Shown: one piece after another, positions 33,067-43,641 of the stretch
How the letters are laid out: every line of letters begins with the position of its first letter
Numbering within the stretch: the first letter of the stretch is position 1
Assembly: GCA_903918115.1 (NCBI GenBank)
Contig: CAIXDG010000207.1
Coordinates: 16,111 to 80,110, forward strand
Source of the DNA: an uncultured beta proteobacterium
Lineage (GTDB): Bacteria; Pseudomonadota; Gammaproteobacteria; Burkholderiales; Burkholderiaceae
Length of the DNA: 64,000 bases
Direction of reading: 5' to 3'
Notes under the pieces: model-generated
What the model saw: only the letters and a program-made list of their open reading frames with translations
Told to the model about the DNA's origin: nothing
Database searches by the model: none
Made by a program: the position numbers and the translations under genes

Positions 33067-33927
33067 ATGCTTTCTTCATTGATTAACCTCGCGCTCCGGA
33101 TGGTTGCCGCTTTGCCTTTGGTCCTTGCTCAAGGTTTTGGTGGATTTTTAGGCTATGTTGCTTATCTAGCGTCTGCAAAGTATCGCGCTCTTTTCAAGGC
33201 TAATTATTCCCAGGCGCTAGCGGTAAGCCAACTAAAAAGCCAATATTTAAAGGCTATTCCTGGTTCTGGGATGCTGCTCGCCGATAGTTTGTGGATCTGG
33301 CATAACCCCAAAAAAGCCCTTTCCCTGGCTGAGGTTGCTAACTGGAGCCTCGTTGAGGCAGCAATTGACGAGGGTCATGGTCTCATCATGCTCTGCCCCC
33401 ATTTGGGCGGTTTTGAAATTATTCCACGCATTTTGGCAAACCATTTTCCGGCCACTATTTTGTACCGCCCTGCAAGACAAGGTTGGTTAAATAAGGTGAT
33501 TGAATCGTGGCGGGCTTACCCCAATATGCATTTTGTGCCCACCAATCTTCATGGTGTTCGGCAAATGGTTCGGGCCCTGAGTCGTGGCGAGGCCATCGGC
33601 ATTTTGCCGGATCAAGTGCCCAGTGGTGGCGAAGGGGTGTGGGCTCCTTTTTTTGGTCGCTATGCCTACACCACTACCTTGCCTGCTCGGCTGGCGGGTC
33701 GTAAACAGATTCCGGTCGTGCTATTTTCTGCACAACGTAAAGGGTTTGGGCAGGGCTGGCTTATTCATGCAGAACGCTTACCTGCATTTTCTAACGATGC
33801 TGCGCTAGCTGCTGTTGAATTAAATTTAGCCTTAGAAAAAATTATCTGCCGTGCACCCAATCAATATATTTGGGCCTACAACCGCTTCAAGCACCCCAGT
33901 GGCGCAGAATTGCCCCCTACTCAGTAA
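33067..33927 (+). CDS. Lipid A/lysophospholipid acyltransferase (LpxL/HtrB family)
   Basis: PHLGGFE (HxxxxE), LPDQ, FFGR and QYIWAYNRFK motifs. Confidence 0.88.
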   Translation: MLSSLINLALRMVAALPLVLAQGFGGFLGYVAYLASAKYRALFKANYSQALAVSQLKSQYLKAIPGSGMLLADSLWIWHNPKKALSLAEVANWSLVEAAIDEGHGLIMLCPHLGGFEIIPRILANHFPATILYRPARQGWLNKVIESWRAYPNMHFVPTNLHGVRQMVRALSRGEAIGILPDQVPSGGEGVWAPFFGRYAYTTTLPARLAGRKQIPVVLFSAQRKGFGQGWLIHAERLPAFSNDAALAAVELNLALEKIICRAPNQYIWAYNRFKHPSGAELPPTQ

Positions 33928-33939
33928 AAAAATTTCATC

Positions 33940-34842
33940 ATGCATTGGCTACAAACCCCACTTCATTTCTTGGTACTTGGTCTTTTGCGTTTTTTTTCTG
34001 TAATGCCTTATGCCTTCACGGTACATACGGGCTATGTACTTGGCTCACTTGCAGCGCGCCTACCTAGCGAAAGAAAGCGCGTGGTTAAAACCAATTTGCG
34101 CTTATGCTTTCCCCAACTTTCACCTGCAGAAATTGATGCCTTAGCGGTAGCGCATTGGCGCCTCTTGGGACGAAGCGTGGTTGAGCGAAGTCGCATTTGG
34201 ATGGGCAGTCCCAAACAAATCTCTGCGCTGGTGGACATCAAAGCAGAGATTCAATTGGGAGATCGTAAACCCCGCTTATTAATCACCCCGCACTTTGTTG
34301 GTATTGAAGGTGGCATCTTAGCGTTGGGCGTGCTGGCACTTGACCGAGATCTGCCCAAAGGAACTGGCTTATATCAAAACATGAAAAATCCTTTTTTTAA
34401 TCAAAAAATTATTCAATGGCGTGAGCGCTTTGGCGGCAGATCGATTGCTCGCCAAAACCGTTTACGTGATCTATTGCGGGAAATTCGCGGTGGTAATTTT
34501 GTTTTTATTGCGCCTGATATTGACCTGGGGCCGAAAGACAGCGTGTTTGTGCCATTCTTTGGAATATCTACGAATACGGTTACTTCGGTGTCACGCTTAG
34601 CAAAAATGGCTGGCGCTGAAGTTTGCTTAATGGTTACGGCACTAAAGCCTGACGAAAGTGGCTATATTTGCTCTATAAGCAAGCCTATTGAAGGCTTTCC
34701 TAGCGATGACCCCGTTGCCGATACTGCGCGCCTCAATCGACTCTATGAACAGGAGATTATCAAAAATCCCGCGGAATACTACTGGATTCATAAACGCTTT
34801 AAACATCGCCCTCATGGCGAGCCTGGTTTATATTCAAGTTAA
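33940..34842 (+). CDS. Lipid A biosynthesis acyltransferase (LpxL family)
   Basis: NLRLCFP, PHFVGIE, PDIDLG..SVFVPFFG and YYWIHKRFK motifs. Confidence 0.9.
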   Translation: MHWLQTPLHFLVLGLLRFFSVMPYAFTVHTGYVLGSLAARLPSERKRVVKTNLRLCFPQLSPAEIDALAVAHWRLLGRSVVERSRIWMGSPKQISALVDIKAEIQLGDRKPRLLITPHFVGIEGGILALGVLALDRDLPKGTGLYQNMKNPFFNQKIIQWRERFGGRSIARQNRLRDLLREIRGGNFVFIAPDIDLGPKDSVFVPFFGISTNTVTSVSRLAKMAGAEVCLMVTALKPDESGYICSISKPIEGFPSDDPVADTARLNRLYEQEIIKNPAEYYWIHKRFKHRPHGEPGLYSS

Positions 34843-35738
34843 TGACAACGCAATCGCCACGAAAAATTCGCTTTACTAAAATGCATGGTGCCGGCAACGA
34901 CTTTATTGTGCTGAACGGCCTCACCAATGATTTGAGTGCTGTAACCAAAGAACAATGGCGTAAATTAGCCCATCGCCAACTTGGTGTGGGCGCAGATCAA
35001 ATCTTGATTGTCGAAAAAACCACGCGTTCAGATGCTGATTTTCGCTACCGAATTTTTAATGCTGATGGCGGAGAGGTTGAGCAATGCGGTAATGGCTCGC
35101 GTTGTTTTGTGCGCTACATTCACGAGCAAGGACTTTCTGCTAAAAATCCGCTGCGGGTCGAGGTGGCGCATTCCATCATCACGCTTGAAGCGCTTGCCGA
35201 TGGGCAAGTTAAAGTCAATATGGGTGCTCCCATCTTTGAGCCCCAGCGCATTCCGTTTGATCCAACTGGACTGCCATCCAAGCTAGAGTTTCATGAAACC
35301 CTCTATGCATTACCCATTAGCCGTAATGCTGGCACTCATGCCGATTGGATCGCTGTCATATCGATGGGCAATCCCCATGCAATTCAAGTTGTCGATGATA
35401 TTGAGAGCGCCCCCGTTGTTTCAGAAGGTGCGCAGATTGAGGCAAATTCGGCTTTTCCTCAGCGGGTCAATGCTGGTTACATGCAAATTTTGGATGCCCA
35501 CGCCATCCGCTTGCGGGTCTACGAACGCGGTGCGGGTGAAACGCTGGCCTGTGGTACTGGGGCCTGTGCGGCAGTAGTTTCGGGCATTCGGCGCGGCTTA
35601 CTGCTGAGCCCAGTACGGGTTGAAACTCGGGGCGGGAATTTAGAAATTGTCTGGCCAGGCATGCTTGACGGTCAGCCTCAAGCGGTTGAGATGTATGGTC
35701 CGGCAATGACTGTTTTTGAAGGTGAGACGATCCTCTAA
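34842..35738 (+). CDS. dapF: Diaminopimelate epimerase
   Basis: KMHGAGNDF, EQCGNG, MGNPH and ERGAGETLACGTGAC motifs. Confidence 0.97.
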   Translation: MTTQSPRKIRFTKMHGAGNDFIVLNGLTNDLSAVTKEQWRKLAHRQLGVGADQILIVEKTTRSDADFRYRIFNADGGEVEQCGNGSRCFVRYIHEQGLSAKNPLRVEVAHSIITLEALADGQVKVNMGAPIFEPQRIPFDPTGLPSKLEFHETLYALPISRNAGTHADWIAVISMGNPHAIQVVDDIESAPVVSEGAQIEANSAFPQRVNAGYMQILDAHAIRLRVYERGAGETLACGTGACAAVVSGIRRGLLLSPVRVETRGGNLEIVWPGMLDGQPQAVEMYGPAMTVFEGETIL

Positions 35739-35747
35739 AGCTGCTTC

Positions 35748-36434
35748 TTAAGCATCGATTCCGTACTTTAATCGGTACGCCTTTACTGCTGGCAAATACT
35801 GCTTTAATTCTGCATCGGCTGAGGCAGTTAAAAATGTCATCACATCATTTAGGCTAGCAATTGCAACTACCGGCATGCCAAATTCTTGTGAGACGCTTTG
35901 CACCGCTGAATAGGCTCCTATATCCATCGCTGTACCTGACTTCTCCATGCGGTCAAGGGCAATTAAAACTGCCGCTGGCTCGCCCCCCGCAGCACGAATT
36001 AAATTTACTGATTCACGTACCGAAGTACCAGCAGAAATGACATCATCCACAATCACTACCCGCCCTTGAATTGGCGCCCCCACCATGGTGCCGCCCTCGC
36101 CATGATCTTTTGTCTCTTTGCGGTTATATGCAAAAGAAATATTGTGGCCCTGCTCGGCTAAAGCAATGGCAGTTGCTGCTGCCAAGGTAATGCCCTTATA
36201 AGCTGGTCCATAGAGCATCTCAAACTGAATACCCGAAGCCAATAAGGCCTTGGCGTAATACCGACCCAAAGCGCCCAATAAAACGCCGCTACTAAATCCT
36301 CCGGCATTAAAGAAATAAGGTGATAAGCGACCCGCTTTCGTTTTAAACTCGCCAAACGCTAAGACACGTGCTTCGAGCGCAAAGCGAATGAAGTCGTGTT
36401 GATTATTTTGGGTTTGATTATTTTGTGGGTTCAT
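35748..36434 (-). CDS. pyrE: Orotate phosphoribosyltransferase
   Basis: [29 protein letters not shown] and [10 protein letters not shown] motifs. Confidence 0.96.
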   Translation of the reverse strand: MNPQNNQTQNNQHDFIRFALEARVLAFGEFKTKAGRLSPYFFNAGGFSSGVLLGALGRYYAKALLASGIQFEMLYGPAYKGITLAAATAIALAEQGHNISFAYNRKETKDHGEGGTMVGAPIQGRVVIVDDVISAGTSVRESVNLIRAAGGEPAAVLIALDRMEKSGTAMDIGAYSAVQSVSQEFGMPVVAIASLNDVMTFLTASADAELKQYLPAVKAYRLKYGIDA

Positions 36435-36442
36435 AAGCCTCT

Positions 36443-37225
36443 ATGTTACGCATCATTTCCGCCAACCTCAATGGCATTCGTTCAGCCGTCAAAAAAGGCT
36501 TTTTACCGTGGATGCAAAACCAAGCGCCGGATTTTGTCTGTCTGCAAGAGCTCAAAGCCCAGCGCGATGATCTTGACGAGACAATTTTGAACCCAACCGG
36601 CATGACTGGCTATTTTCATCATGCCGAAAAAAAGGGCTACAGCGGATGTGGCATTTACTCAAGGCATCAACCCCAAGAAGTACTTTATGGTTATGGCGAC
36701 GCCGAATTTGATGCTGAAGGTCGTTATGTGGAAGTACGCTTAAAGAATTTAGCCATTATTTCTGTTTACATGCCATCTGGCTCTAGCTCGCCAGAGCGAC
36801 AAGCAGCAAAATTCCGTTTTTTAAAATCGTTTCTACCGCATCTGCTGCAATTAAAAAAATCAGGACGCGAAATTATTCTCTGTGGCGATGTGAATATTGC
36901 CCATCAAGAAATTGATCTTAAAAATTGGAAGGGTAATCTGAATAATTCAGGTTTTTTACCTGAAGAGCGTGCTTGGCTGACGCATTTGTTTGACCAGGTC
37001 GGCTATGTAGACGTATATCGCCTGCTAGAGCCGGCGGCCACTGATGCCGGCTATACCTGGTGGAGTAATCGGGGCCAAGCGTACGCCAAAAACGTGGGCT
37101 GGCGCATCGACTACCAAATCGCTAGCGGTGGCATTGCTGCTGCAGCAAAAGCAGCGCGTATTTACAAAATTGAACGCTTCTCCGATCATGCGCCCTTAAC
37201 CATCGACTATGACTGGCCCATTTAA
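36443..37225 (+). CDS. xth: Exodeoxyribonuclease III (AP endonuclease)
   Basis: NLNGIRS, CLQELK, GDVNIAH, WRIDY and SDHAP motifs. Confidence 0.93.
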   Translation: MLRIISANLNGIRSAVKKGFLPWMQNQAPDFVCLQELKAQRDDLDETILNPTGMTGYFHHAEKKGYSGCGIYSRHQPQEVLYGYGDAEFDAEGRYVEVRLKNLAIISVYMPSGSSSPERQAAKFRFLKSFLPHLLQLKKSGREIILCGDVNIAHQEIDLKNWKGNLNNSGFLPEERAWLTHLFDQVGYVDVYRLLEPAATDAGYTWWSNRGQAYAKNVGWRIDYQIASGGIAAAAKAARIYKIERFSDHAPLTIDYDWPI

Positions 37226-37240
37226 ATCTTCCAAGAAGCG

Positions 37241-38563
37241 CTACTCTATTATTTTTTTATTCTGCCCAATGTTTAAATACATCGTCAACCAAATAAGCAT
37301 TAACACTGGTACGCCAATAATCGCAGTACCAATGAAAAACGTTTGATAGCCAAACGTATCTACAAATACGCCAGAGAAGCCCGCTAGCCATTTGGGCAAT
37401 AAGAGCATCATCGAGCTAAATAAGGCGTACTGTGTTGCTGAATAGCGAATATTTGTTAATGAGGATAAGTAGGCAATAAATGCTGCGCTCGCAATTCCGG
37501 AGCTTAAATTATCAGCAGAAATAACCCAAATCAAACCCTGTAAATCGTGGCCTTGTGCTGCTAACCAAGCAAATAAAAGATTACTGACTGCTGATAACAC
37601 GGCGCCCACAAATAAAATTCGCATCACACCAAAACGTAAGGTTAAGACGCCGCCAATAAAAGCCCCAAGTAAGGTCATGATGACGCCAAAGACCTTGCTC
37701 ACAGCAGCGACCTCGTCTTTGGTATAGCCCATATCCACATAAAAAGGGTTAGCCATAATGCCCATCACTACATCGCTTATCCGATAAACCGCAATTAAGG
37801 CCAAGATGATGATGGCCTGCCAGTGATAGCGCTGAATGAATTCAGCAAAGGGCTCAATCAAGGTTTGGTATAGCCAAGCTTTTGCATTACGTGCTTGTGG
37901 CAGCAAAACTTGCGCTGGTTCTTGGCTAAATAACGTGGTGATGACGCCAACGCTAATTGAGGCAGCCATACAAAGATAGGCAAATTGCCAAGCACTCACA
38001 TCATAAGAGCCACTGCCTGTCTCAACCCGTGCTGCCAGCCATAAAACACCGGCACCAGCCCAGATTAGTGCAAGCCTATAGCCTGTTTGATAGGTGGCTG
38101 CCAAGGCTGCCTGATGATCGCTATCTGCTGATTCAATCCGAAAAGCATCTAAAGCGATATCTTGCGTGGCAGAACCAAATGCCACAATGAGTGCGCACCA
38201 AACGATGGGATTCAATGCTACTTTGGGATCAATACTGGCCATCCCCAAAAGACCGAAAATAATTAATGCCTGGGCAAAGAGCAGCCAACTGCGTCTACGT
38301 CCAAACCATTTGGTGAGAAAAGGAATCCGCAAACGATCGACTAATGGCGCCCACATCCACTTGAACGCATAAATTAAGCCTACCCAAGTTAAATAACCAA
38401 TGGTGCTGCGGTCAATGCCTGCCTCACGCAGCCAAAAACTCAAGGTGCCTAATATTAGTAAAAGAGGCAACCCCGCAGAGAAGCCTAAAAAGAGCATTCG
38501 CAGACAAGGCCATTCGAGATAAACCCGAAAATCTTTAAGCCACGACTGAATTACATTAAGCAC
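37241..38563 (-). CDS. ampG: AmpG-family muropeptide MFS transporter
   Basis: GFSAGLP, KWMWAPLVD, GRRRSW, SATQDIALDA and ATQYAL motifs. GTG start at 38563 overlaps the metW stop. Confidence 0.92.
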   Translation of the reverse strand: MLNVIQSWLKDFRVYLEWPCLRMLFLGFSAGLPLLLILGTLSFWLREAGIDRSTIGYLTWVGLIYAFKWMWAPLVDRLRIPFLTKWFGRRRSWLLFAQALIIFGLLGMASIDPKVALNPIVWCALIVAFGSATQDIALDAFRIESADSDHQAALAATYQTGYRLALIWAGAGVLWLAARVETGSGSYDVSAWQFAYLCMAASISVGVITTLFSQEPAQVLLPQARNAKAWLYQTLIEPFAEFIQRYHWQAIIILALIAVYRISDVVMGIMANPFYVDMGYTKDEVAAVSKVFGVIMTLLGAFIGGVLTLRFGVMRILFVGAVLSAVSNLLFAWLAAQGHDLQGLIWVISADNLSSGIASAAFIAYLSSLTNIRYSATQYALFSSMMLLLPKWLAGFSGVFVDTFGYQTFFIGTAIIGVPVLMLIWLTMYLNIGQNKKIIE

Positions 38564-39137
38564 GTCGAATGCGAAATAATGCCAAGCTGCCGAACAAATT
38601 CGGCAGTAAAGTGACCTCTCTACCTTCATGCAAAATGCATTGATCAATCACCTTGAGGCCCAAGCTCGAAGCTAGTTTTTCAAAGTCAGCGACAGTTAAA
38701 ACGCGAACGTTCGGCGTGTTGTACCACTGATAGGGCAAGCTCTTTGAAACTGGCATATGCCCAAAGCCCACCGCCAGACGATGTGACCAATGGCCAAAGT
38801 TTGGAAAAGAGATGATTGATTCTTTTCCTACCCGCACGACCTCGCGCAGGATTTTTTCAGTCTGGTGAATAGTTTGTAGTGTCTGCGAGAGTACTACGGT
38901 ATCAAAACTCTGATCACCAAACAAAGCGAGGCCGCCCTCGAGATTTTGTTGAATCACATTAATATCTTTTTGCACACACGCTAAAACCCGCGCATCATCG
39001 ATTTCGACACCATAGGCTTGCACCGGTTTTTGCTGGCGTAAAAATTCTAGAAAACTACCGTCGCCACAACCCAAATCTAATACTTGGCTAGATGGCGCAA
39101 TCCATTTCGCAATCGCAATAAAGTCGGCGCGCATCAT
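38556..39137 (-). CDS. metW: Methionine biosynthesis protein MetW
   Basis: [17 protein letters not shown] and YQWYNTPN motifs. Follows metX. Confidence 0.93.
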   Translation of the reverse strand: MMRADFIAIAKWIAPSSQVLDLGCGDGSFLEFLRQQKPVQAYGVEIDDARVLACVQKDINVIQQNLEGGLALFGDQSFDTVVLSQTLQTIHQTEKILREVVRVGKESIISFPNFGHWSHRLAVGFGHMPVSKSLPYQWYNTPNVRVLTVADFEKLASSLGLKVIDQCILHEGREVTLLPNLFGSLALFRIRRA

Positions 39138-40273
39138 ACCTTTGACTCATCCATGGTCTGGAAATAAGACCGAATTAAATTGTGATAACGCGCATCATCC
39201 AATAAAAAAGCATCGTGGCCATGCGGCGCATCAATCTCGGCGTAGCTAACCGTACTTTTATTAACCAACAAGGCCTCAACGATTTCGCGGCTTCGATTCG
39301 GTGGGAAGCGCCAGTCGGTAACAAAACTGATCACTAAAAACTTCGCCTGCACTTCAGCTAATGCGCGACTCAAACTACCCTCCGAGCGCCGCGCAGGATC
39401 AAAATAATCAAGCGCCCGGGTAATTAATAAATAGGTATTCGCGTCAAAATACGTTGAAAACTTTTCGCCCTGATGACGCAAATAACTTTCTACCTCAAAC
39501 TCAACGTCAAAACTAAAACGGTATTCAGCAGATGCCCCAGCTGAGCGCTGCAGTTCGCGGCCAAATTTTTCCGCCATATCGTCATCAGATAAATAAGTAA
39601 TGTGTCCAACCATACGCGCTAAACGTAAACCGCTTTTGGGCACTACACCGTGCGCATAGTAATTACCGCCATGAAAGTCGGGGTCTGAAAGAATGGCATT
39701 TCTCGCGACCTCATTAAAAGCAATATTTTGTGCCGACAGCTTGGGAGTCGATGCTACTGCAATGCAGTGGCCAATACGCTTGGGGAAATGAATTGCCCAC
39801 GCAATTGCTTGCATACCGCCTAGACTTCCGCCCATAACGGCTGCAAAACGGCGAATGCCCAATTTATCTGCTAAACGTGCCTGGGTATTAACCCAATCTT
39901 CCACGGTAATGACTGGAAAGTCGGCACCATAAAAAGTGTTAGTAGCTGGATTAATGCTCATCGGACCCGTTGAACCAAAACAGGAACCTAAGTTATTGAC
40001 CCCAATCACAAAAAAATGGTTGGTATCAACTGGCTTGCCTGGACCAACCATATTGTCCCACCAGCCAATATCGCTGGCATCATCAGGATTAGGGCCAGCA
40101 ACGTGGTGGGAGGCATTTAAAGCATGGCAAATTAAAACTGCATTACTTTTAGCGGCGTTCAGTTTGCCGTAGGTTTCGATCACTAAATCGTAATTAGGCA
40201 AGATTGCACCACTTTGCAAAGGCAAAGGCTCGGCAAAATGAATCGTATTGCGAGAAAGGTTTAACTCGCTCAT
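39134..40273 (-). CDS. metX: Homoserine O-acyltransferase (MetX family)
   Basis: [18 protein letters not shown] nucleophile motif, HGHDAFLL. Confidence 0.95.
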   Translation of the reverse strand: MSELNLSRNTIHFAEPLPLQSGAILPNYDLVIETYGKLNAAKSNAVLICHALNASHHVAGPNPDDASDIGWWDNMVGPGKPVDTNHFFVIGVNNLGSCFGSTGPMSINPATNTFYGADFPVITVEDWVNTQARLADKLGIRRFAAVMGGSLGGMQAIAWAIHFPKRIGHCIAVASTPKLSAQNIAFNEVARNAILSDPDFHGGNYYAHGVVPKSGLRLARMVGHITYLSDDDMAEKFGRELQRSAGASAEYRFSFDVEFEVESYLRHQGEKFSTYFDANTYLLITRALDYFDPARRSEGSLSRALAEVQAKFLVISFVTDWRFPPNRSREIVEALLVNKSTVSYAEIDAPHGHDAFLLDDARYHNLIRSYFQTMDESKV

Positions 40274-40932
40274 TCTGAGAGCAAGATACGCAGGCTAAGC
40301 TCTGAAGCCTCTGTGGGTAGTTTTTTAAAGCCGCTGCGCGCAAAACGATGCCAGCGCCCTAATATATAGCTCATGAGAATGGCGGCACGAATGCTAATCT
40401 CTTCCTGCCCCAATTTGGCTATATGTCCCTCTTGGGTTTGCGCAATCCGCAAAGATTGCTTGAGGGATGCCTCAACACGATCTAAGACCTGACTAATACG
40501 CTCTTGTAAGCGCTCGTCTTCTTGCAAAAGAGCGTCGCCTAACAGCACCCGCGTCATCCCAGGATTTTTTTCAGCAAACGCCAACAGCATTTGCAAAATG
40601 CCGCGCACTTGGGCCAAGCCAGATTCTTCTTTCTGGGTAATTTGGTTAATCAGCCCAAATACGGTTTGCTCAATAAAGCCAATCAGCCCCTCAAACATTT
40701 GGGCTTTACTGGCAAAATGCCGATATAAAGCGGCTTCAGAAACTTGAATTTTTGCTGCCAATGCTGCAGTTGTAACCCGCTCACCTTTCGGATGTTGCAG
40801 CATTTCCGCTAATACTTGCAAAATTTGTAAGCGCCTCTCGCCCGGTCGTGGTCGTTTGCGCAGCTTGTCAGAGCCCTGGCTCTCACCTTGAGATTCTGCT
40901 GCAACGGGGGCGGATTCTCTACTCGGGCTCAT
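40270..40932 (-). CDS. slmA: Nucleoid occlusion factor SlmA (TetR family)
   Basis: [31 protein letters not shown] and [12 protein letters not shown] motifs. Confidence 0.9.
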   Translation of the reverse strand: MSPSRESAPVAAESQGESQGSDKLRKRPRPGERRLQILQVLAEMLQHPKGERVTTAALAAKIQVSEAALYRHFASKAQMFEGLIGFIEQTVFGLINQITQKEESGLAQVRGILQMLLAFAEKNPGMTRVLLGDALLQEDERLQERISQVLDRVEASLKQSLRIAQTQEGHIAKLGQEEISIRAAILMSYILGRWHRFARSGFKKLPTEASELSLRILLSE

Positions 40933-40950
40933 TCAACAATTTTCCAGAAC

Positions 40951-41853
40951 TTAGCGTGATCGAATCATGGTACCAAAAGCTTGCTCGGTCAAAATTTCTA
41001 ACAGCAAAGAGTGCTCAATTCGACCGTCAATAATATGCACTGAATTCACCCCGCTTTTAGCTGCATCGAGTGCCGAAGCAATTTTAGGCAACATTCCCCC
41101 AGAAATTGTGCCGTCGGCAAAAAGGCTATCGATTTCTCGTGCTGTTAAGTCAGTCAATAAATTTCCTGTTTTATCCATTACGCCATGGGTATTGGTCATC
41201 ATGACTAATTTTTCAGCTTTGAGAATTTCTGCCATCTTGCCAGCTACTAAATCGGCATTGATATTAAAGGCCTGTCCTTCGGCGCTAAAGCCAATTGGGG
41301 AAATCACTGGAATAAAGGCGTCGTCTTGTAATGCCTTTACTACTGCAGGATTAATGGCCTCTATTTCACCCACAAAACCGAGATCGATCGTCGCGCCCGG
41401 CTTAGATTCATCTGGCACAAACATTTTGCGCGCATGAATTAGGCCACCGTCTTTGCCAGTCAAGCCTACTGCTTGACCGCCATAATGATTAATTAACATC
41501 ACAATGTCTTGTTGAACTTCGCCACCCAACACCCATTCCACTACTTCCATGGTTTCTTCATCGGTGACGCGCATACCCTGAATAAAAGTGCCGGTCTTGC
41601 CAATCTTTTTTAGCGCTTCATCAATTTGTGGTCCACCACCATGCACGACAACAGGATTCATGCCAACTAGTTTCAACAAAATGACATCACGCGCAAAACT
41701 TTCTTTAAGACGCTCCTCAATCATGGCGTTACCGCCATACTTAATAACGATCGTTTTGCCATGATATTGACGTATGTAAGGCAAAGCTTCGGCCAGAATC
41801 TCCGCCTTTAACAAGGGGGAAATATCGGCAATAGTGGGTAAATTCTTCGTCAT
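40951..41853 (-). CDS. argB: Acetylglutamate kinase
   Basis: [22 protein letters not shown] and GGMLPK motifs. Confidence 0.96.
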   Translation of the reverse strand: MTKNLPTIADISPLLKAEILAEALPYIRQYHGKTIVIKYGGNAMIEERLKESFARDVILLKLVGMNPVVVHGGGPQIDEALKKIGKTGTFIQGMRVTDEETMEVVEWVLGGEVQQDIVMLINHYGGQAVGLTGKDGGLIHARKMFVPDESKPGATIDLGFVGEIEAINPAVVKALQDDAFIPVISPIGFSAEGQAFNINADLVAGKMAEILKAEKLVMMTNTHGVMDKTGNLLTDLTAREIDSLFADGTISGGMLPKIASALDAAKSGVNSVHIIDGRIEHSLLLEILTEQAFGTMIRSR

Positions 41854-41895
41854 TAGCTCGGTTTAGTTTACGCTTGCCTGGAGTTTATATTTGAC

Positions 41896-42426
41896 TTAAT
41901 CGCCGAACAGTTTTTGACGTAGTTCACGCCGTTCTTGGGCTTCAAGCGATAAGTTGGCAGTTGGGCGGGCAATTAAGCGTGATAAGCCAATGGGCTCGCC
42001 CGTCTCTTCGCACCAACCGTAATCACCCGACTCAATGCGTGCCAAAGCTTGCTCAACCTTTTTTAACAGCTTACGCTCGCGGTCTCGAGTACGTAACTCA
42101 AGCGCATGTTCTTCTTCTATCGTCGCGCGATCAGCGGGATCTGGCACCAAGATGTTTTCCCGTAAATGCTCGGTGGTTTCCGAGGCATTTTTTAAAATAT
42201 CCTCTTTCAGGGTCGCGAGCTTTAAACGAAAAAACTCAAGCTGGGCGGCACTCATATAATCTTTATCGCCCATCTGCAGTAACTCAGCCTCAGTTACGGG
42301 AATCAGCGGGGCGCCTTTCGACGCTGGTTTTGCGGTGGCTTTCGATGGGGCTTTGCTGGTTTCTTTTGCCATTGTTGCGCTTGCTTTCTCGGCTAACTTA
42401 GCGCTACTTGCTGTTTTTACGATCAT
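41896..42426 (-). CDS. dksA: RNA polymerase-binding factor DksA
   Basis: Coiled-coil tip DPADRA, ELRTRDRERKL, YGWCEETGEPIG. Confidence 0.95.
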   Translation of the reverse strand: MIVKTASSAKLAEKASATMAKETSKAPSKATAKPASKGAPLIPVTEAELLQMGDKDYMSAAQLEFFRLKLATLKEDILKNASETTEHLRENILVPDPADRATIEEEHALELRTRDRERKLLKKVEQALARIESGDYGWCEETGEPIGLSRLIARPTANLSLEAQERRELRQKLFGD

Positions 42427-42540
42427 CTTTTTCTTCCCAATATTTCTGAAGCATTATTGCCCCATTCTGCCAAAGTTTTCGGTGTTTACTTTAAATCTGG
42501 CTGTGGCGCGGGATTGTACCTCAAGGTGCCCCAAGCCAAT

Positions 42541-43596
42541 TTAAACCAAACACCCTTCCAATCCTGCCATTAATGTGTCTTTGGGTAAATCAATGCCGAT
42601 AAAGACCATTCGCGTTTGCTTGGTCTCGGTTCCCCAGGGCCCCGCTAAATCGCTTCCCATCATTTGATGGACACCCTGAAACACCACCTTACGGGCACTT
42701 CCCTTTACGTAAAGCACCCCCTTATAACGTAACATTTTTTCACCAAAAACCTCAAGAATTCCGCCCAAAAAATCTTCTAACTTTTTAGAATCGAAGGGGC
42801 GCTCACTACGAAATACGAATGATTGAATTCGATCGGTATGACCAGCATGGTCATGATGCTGATGCCCATGGTCAGCATGATCATGATCTGCATGATCATG
42901 ACTATGATCGTGGCCACAGTCAGTATGGTCGTGCTCTTCTGCGCCTAAAAAATGGGGGTCAATATCGAGTTTAGCGTTGAGATTAAAGCCCTTTAAATCC
43001 AATACTTCATTGAGCGGCACGAGCCCCTGAGTAATCGCCTTAATAGGCGCACGTGGGTTCATATGCATGAACCTGCTGCGTAAATTCGCTATTTCGGCTG
43101 GACTGACTAAATCTGTTTTAGTGATAAAAATTTGGTCGGCAAAGCCCACTTGGCGCTGAGCTTCTTCATGTTCCGTTAATTGCTGTTGGCCATGTTTGGC
43201 ATCGACTAGGGTCACGACCGCATCGAGCACATAATGCTCAGCCACATCATCGTCCATAAAAAAAGTTTGCGCTACTGGCCCGGGATTGGCGACACCGGTC
43301 GTTTCAATTACCACGCGCTCAAACTGAATTTTTTTCTGCTGACGTTGTTCCCATAGTTGATTTAAAGCCTCAACTAAATCACCACGAATGGTGCAGCAAA
43401 CGCAACCATTGCTCATTTGCACAATCGTCTCTGCACTGTTTTGTACCAAAATATCGTTATCGATATTTTCTTCACCAAACTCGTTTTCAATAACGGCAAT
43501 TTTTTTGCCGTGCTGTTCGGTCAAGATATGTTTAAGTAAAGTTGTTTTACCGCTACCTAAAAATCCAGTAAGAATTGTGACGGGAATTAATGCCAT
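42541..43596 (-). CDS. COG0523/CobW-family G3E GTPase (metallochaperone)
   Basis: GFLGSGKTT, NEFGE, GCVCC, ETTGVA, His-rich insert, LRYKG. Confidence 0.92.
   Translation of the reverse strand: MALIPVTILTGFLGSGKTTLLKHILTEQHGKKIAVIENEFGEENIDNDILVQNSAETIVQMSNGCVCCTIRGDLVEALNQLWEQRQQKKIQFERVVIETTGVANPGPVAQTFFMDDDVAEHYVLDAVVTLVDAKHGQQQLTEHEEAQRQVGFADQIFITKTDLVSPAEIANLRSRFMHMNPRAPIKAITQGLVPLNEVLDLKGFNLNAKLDIDPHFLGAEEHDHTDCGHDHSHDHADHDHADHGHQHHDHAGHTDRIQSFVFRSERPFDSKKLEDFLGGILEVFGEKMLRYKGVLYVKGSARKVVFQGVHQMMGSDLAGPWGTETKQTRMVFIGIDLPKDTLMAGLEGCLV
42838..42933 (-). repeat. Low-complexity His/Asp-rich tract within the COG0523 GTPase
   Basis: Encodes HDHTDCGHDHSHDHADHDHADHGHQHHDHAGH. Recurrent ATGATC/ATGGTC hexamers on the + strand. 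Confidence 0.8.
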
Positions 43597-43641
43597 TTCA
43601 GTTCCATTTCAGTGCTGAGGGAAGATAACAAGCTAGCTATC

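Noticed and set aside
40967-42401. Long antisense ORFs (156 aa and 146 aa) and the many similar 60-160 aa shadow ORFs across the window
   Set aside because: They lie within or opposite well-conserved genes, lack motifs and RBSs, and are expected from codon bias.
43597-43641. Zur box upstream of the COG0523 gene
   Set aside because: Only a TGTTAT half-site is present, with no matching inverted half.
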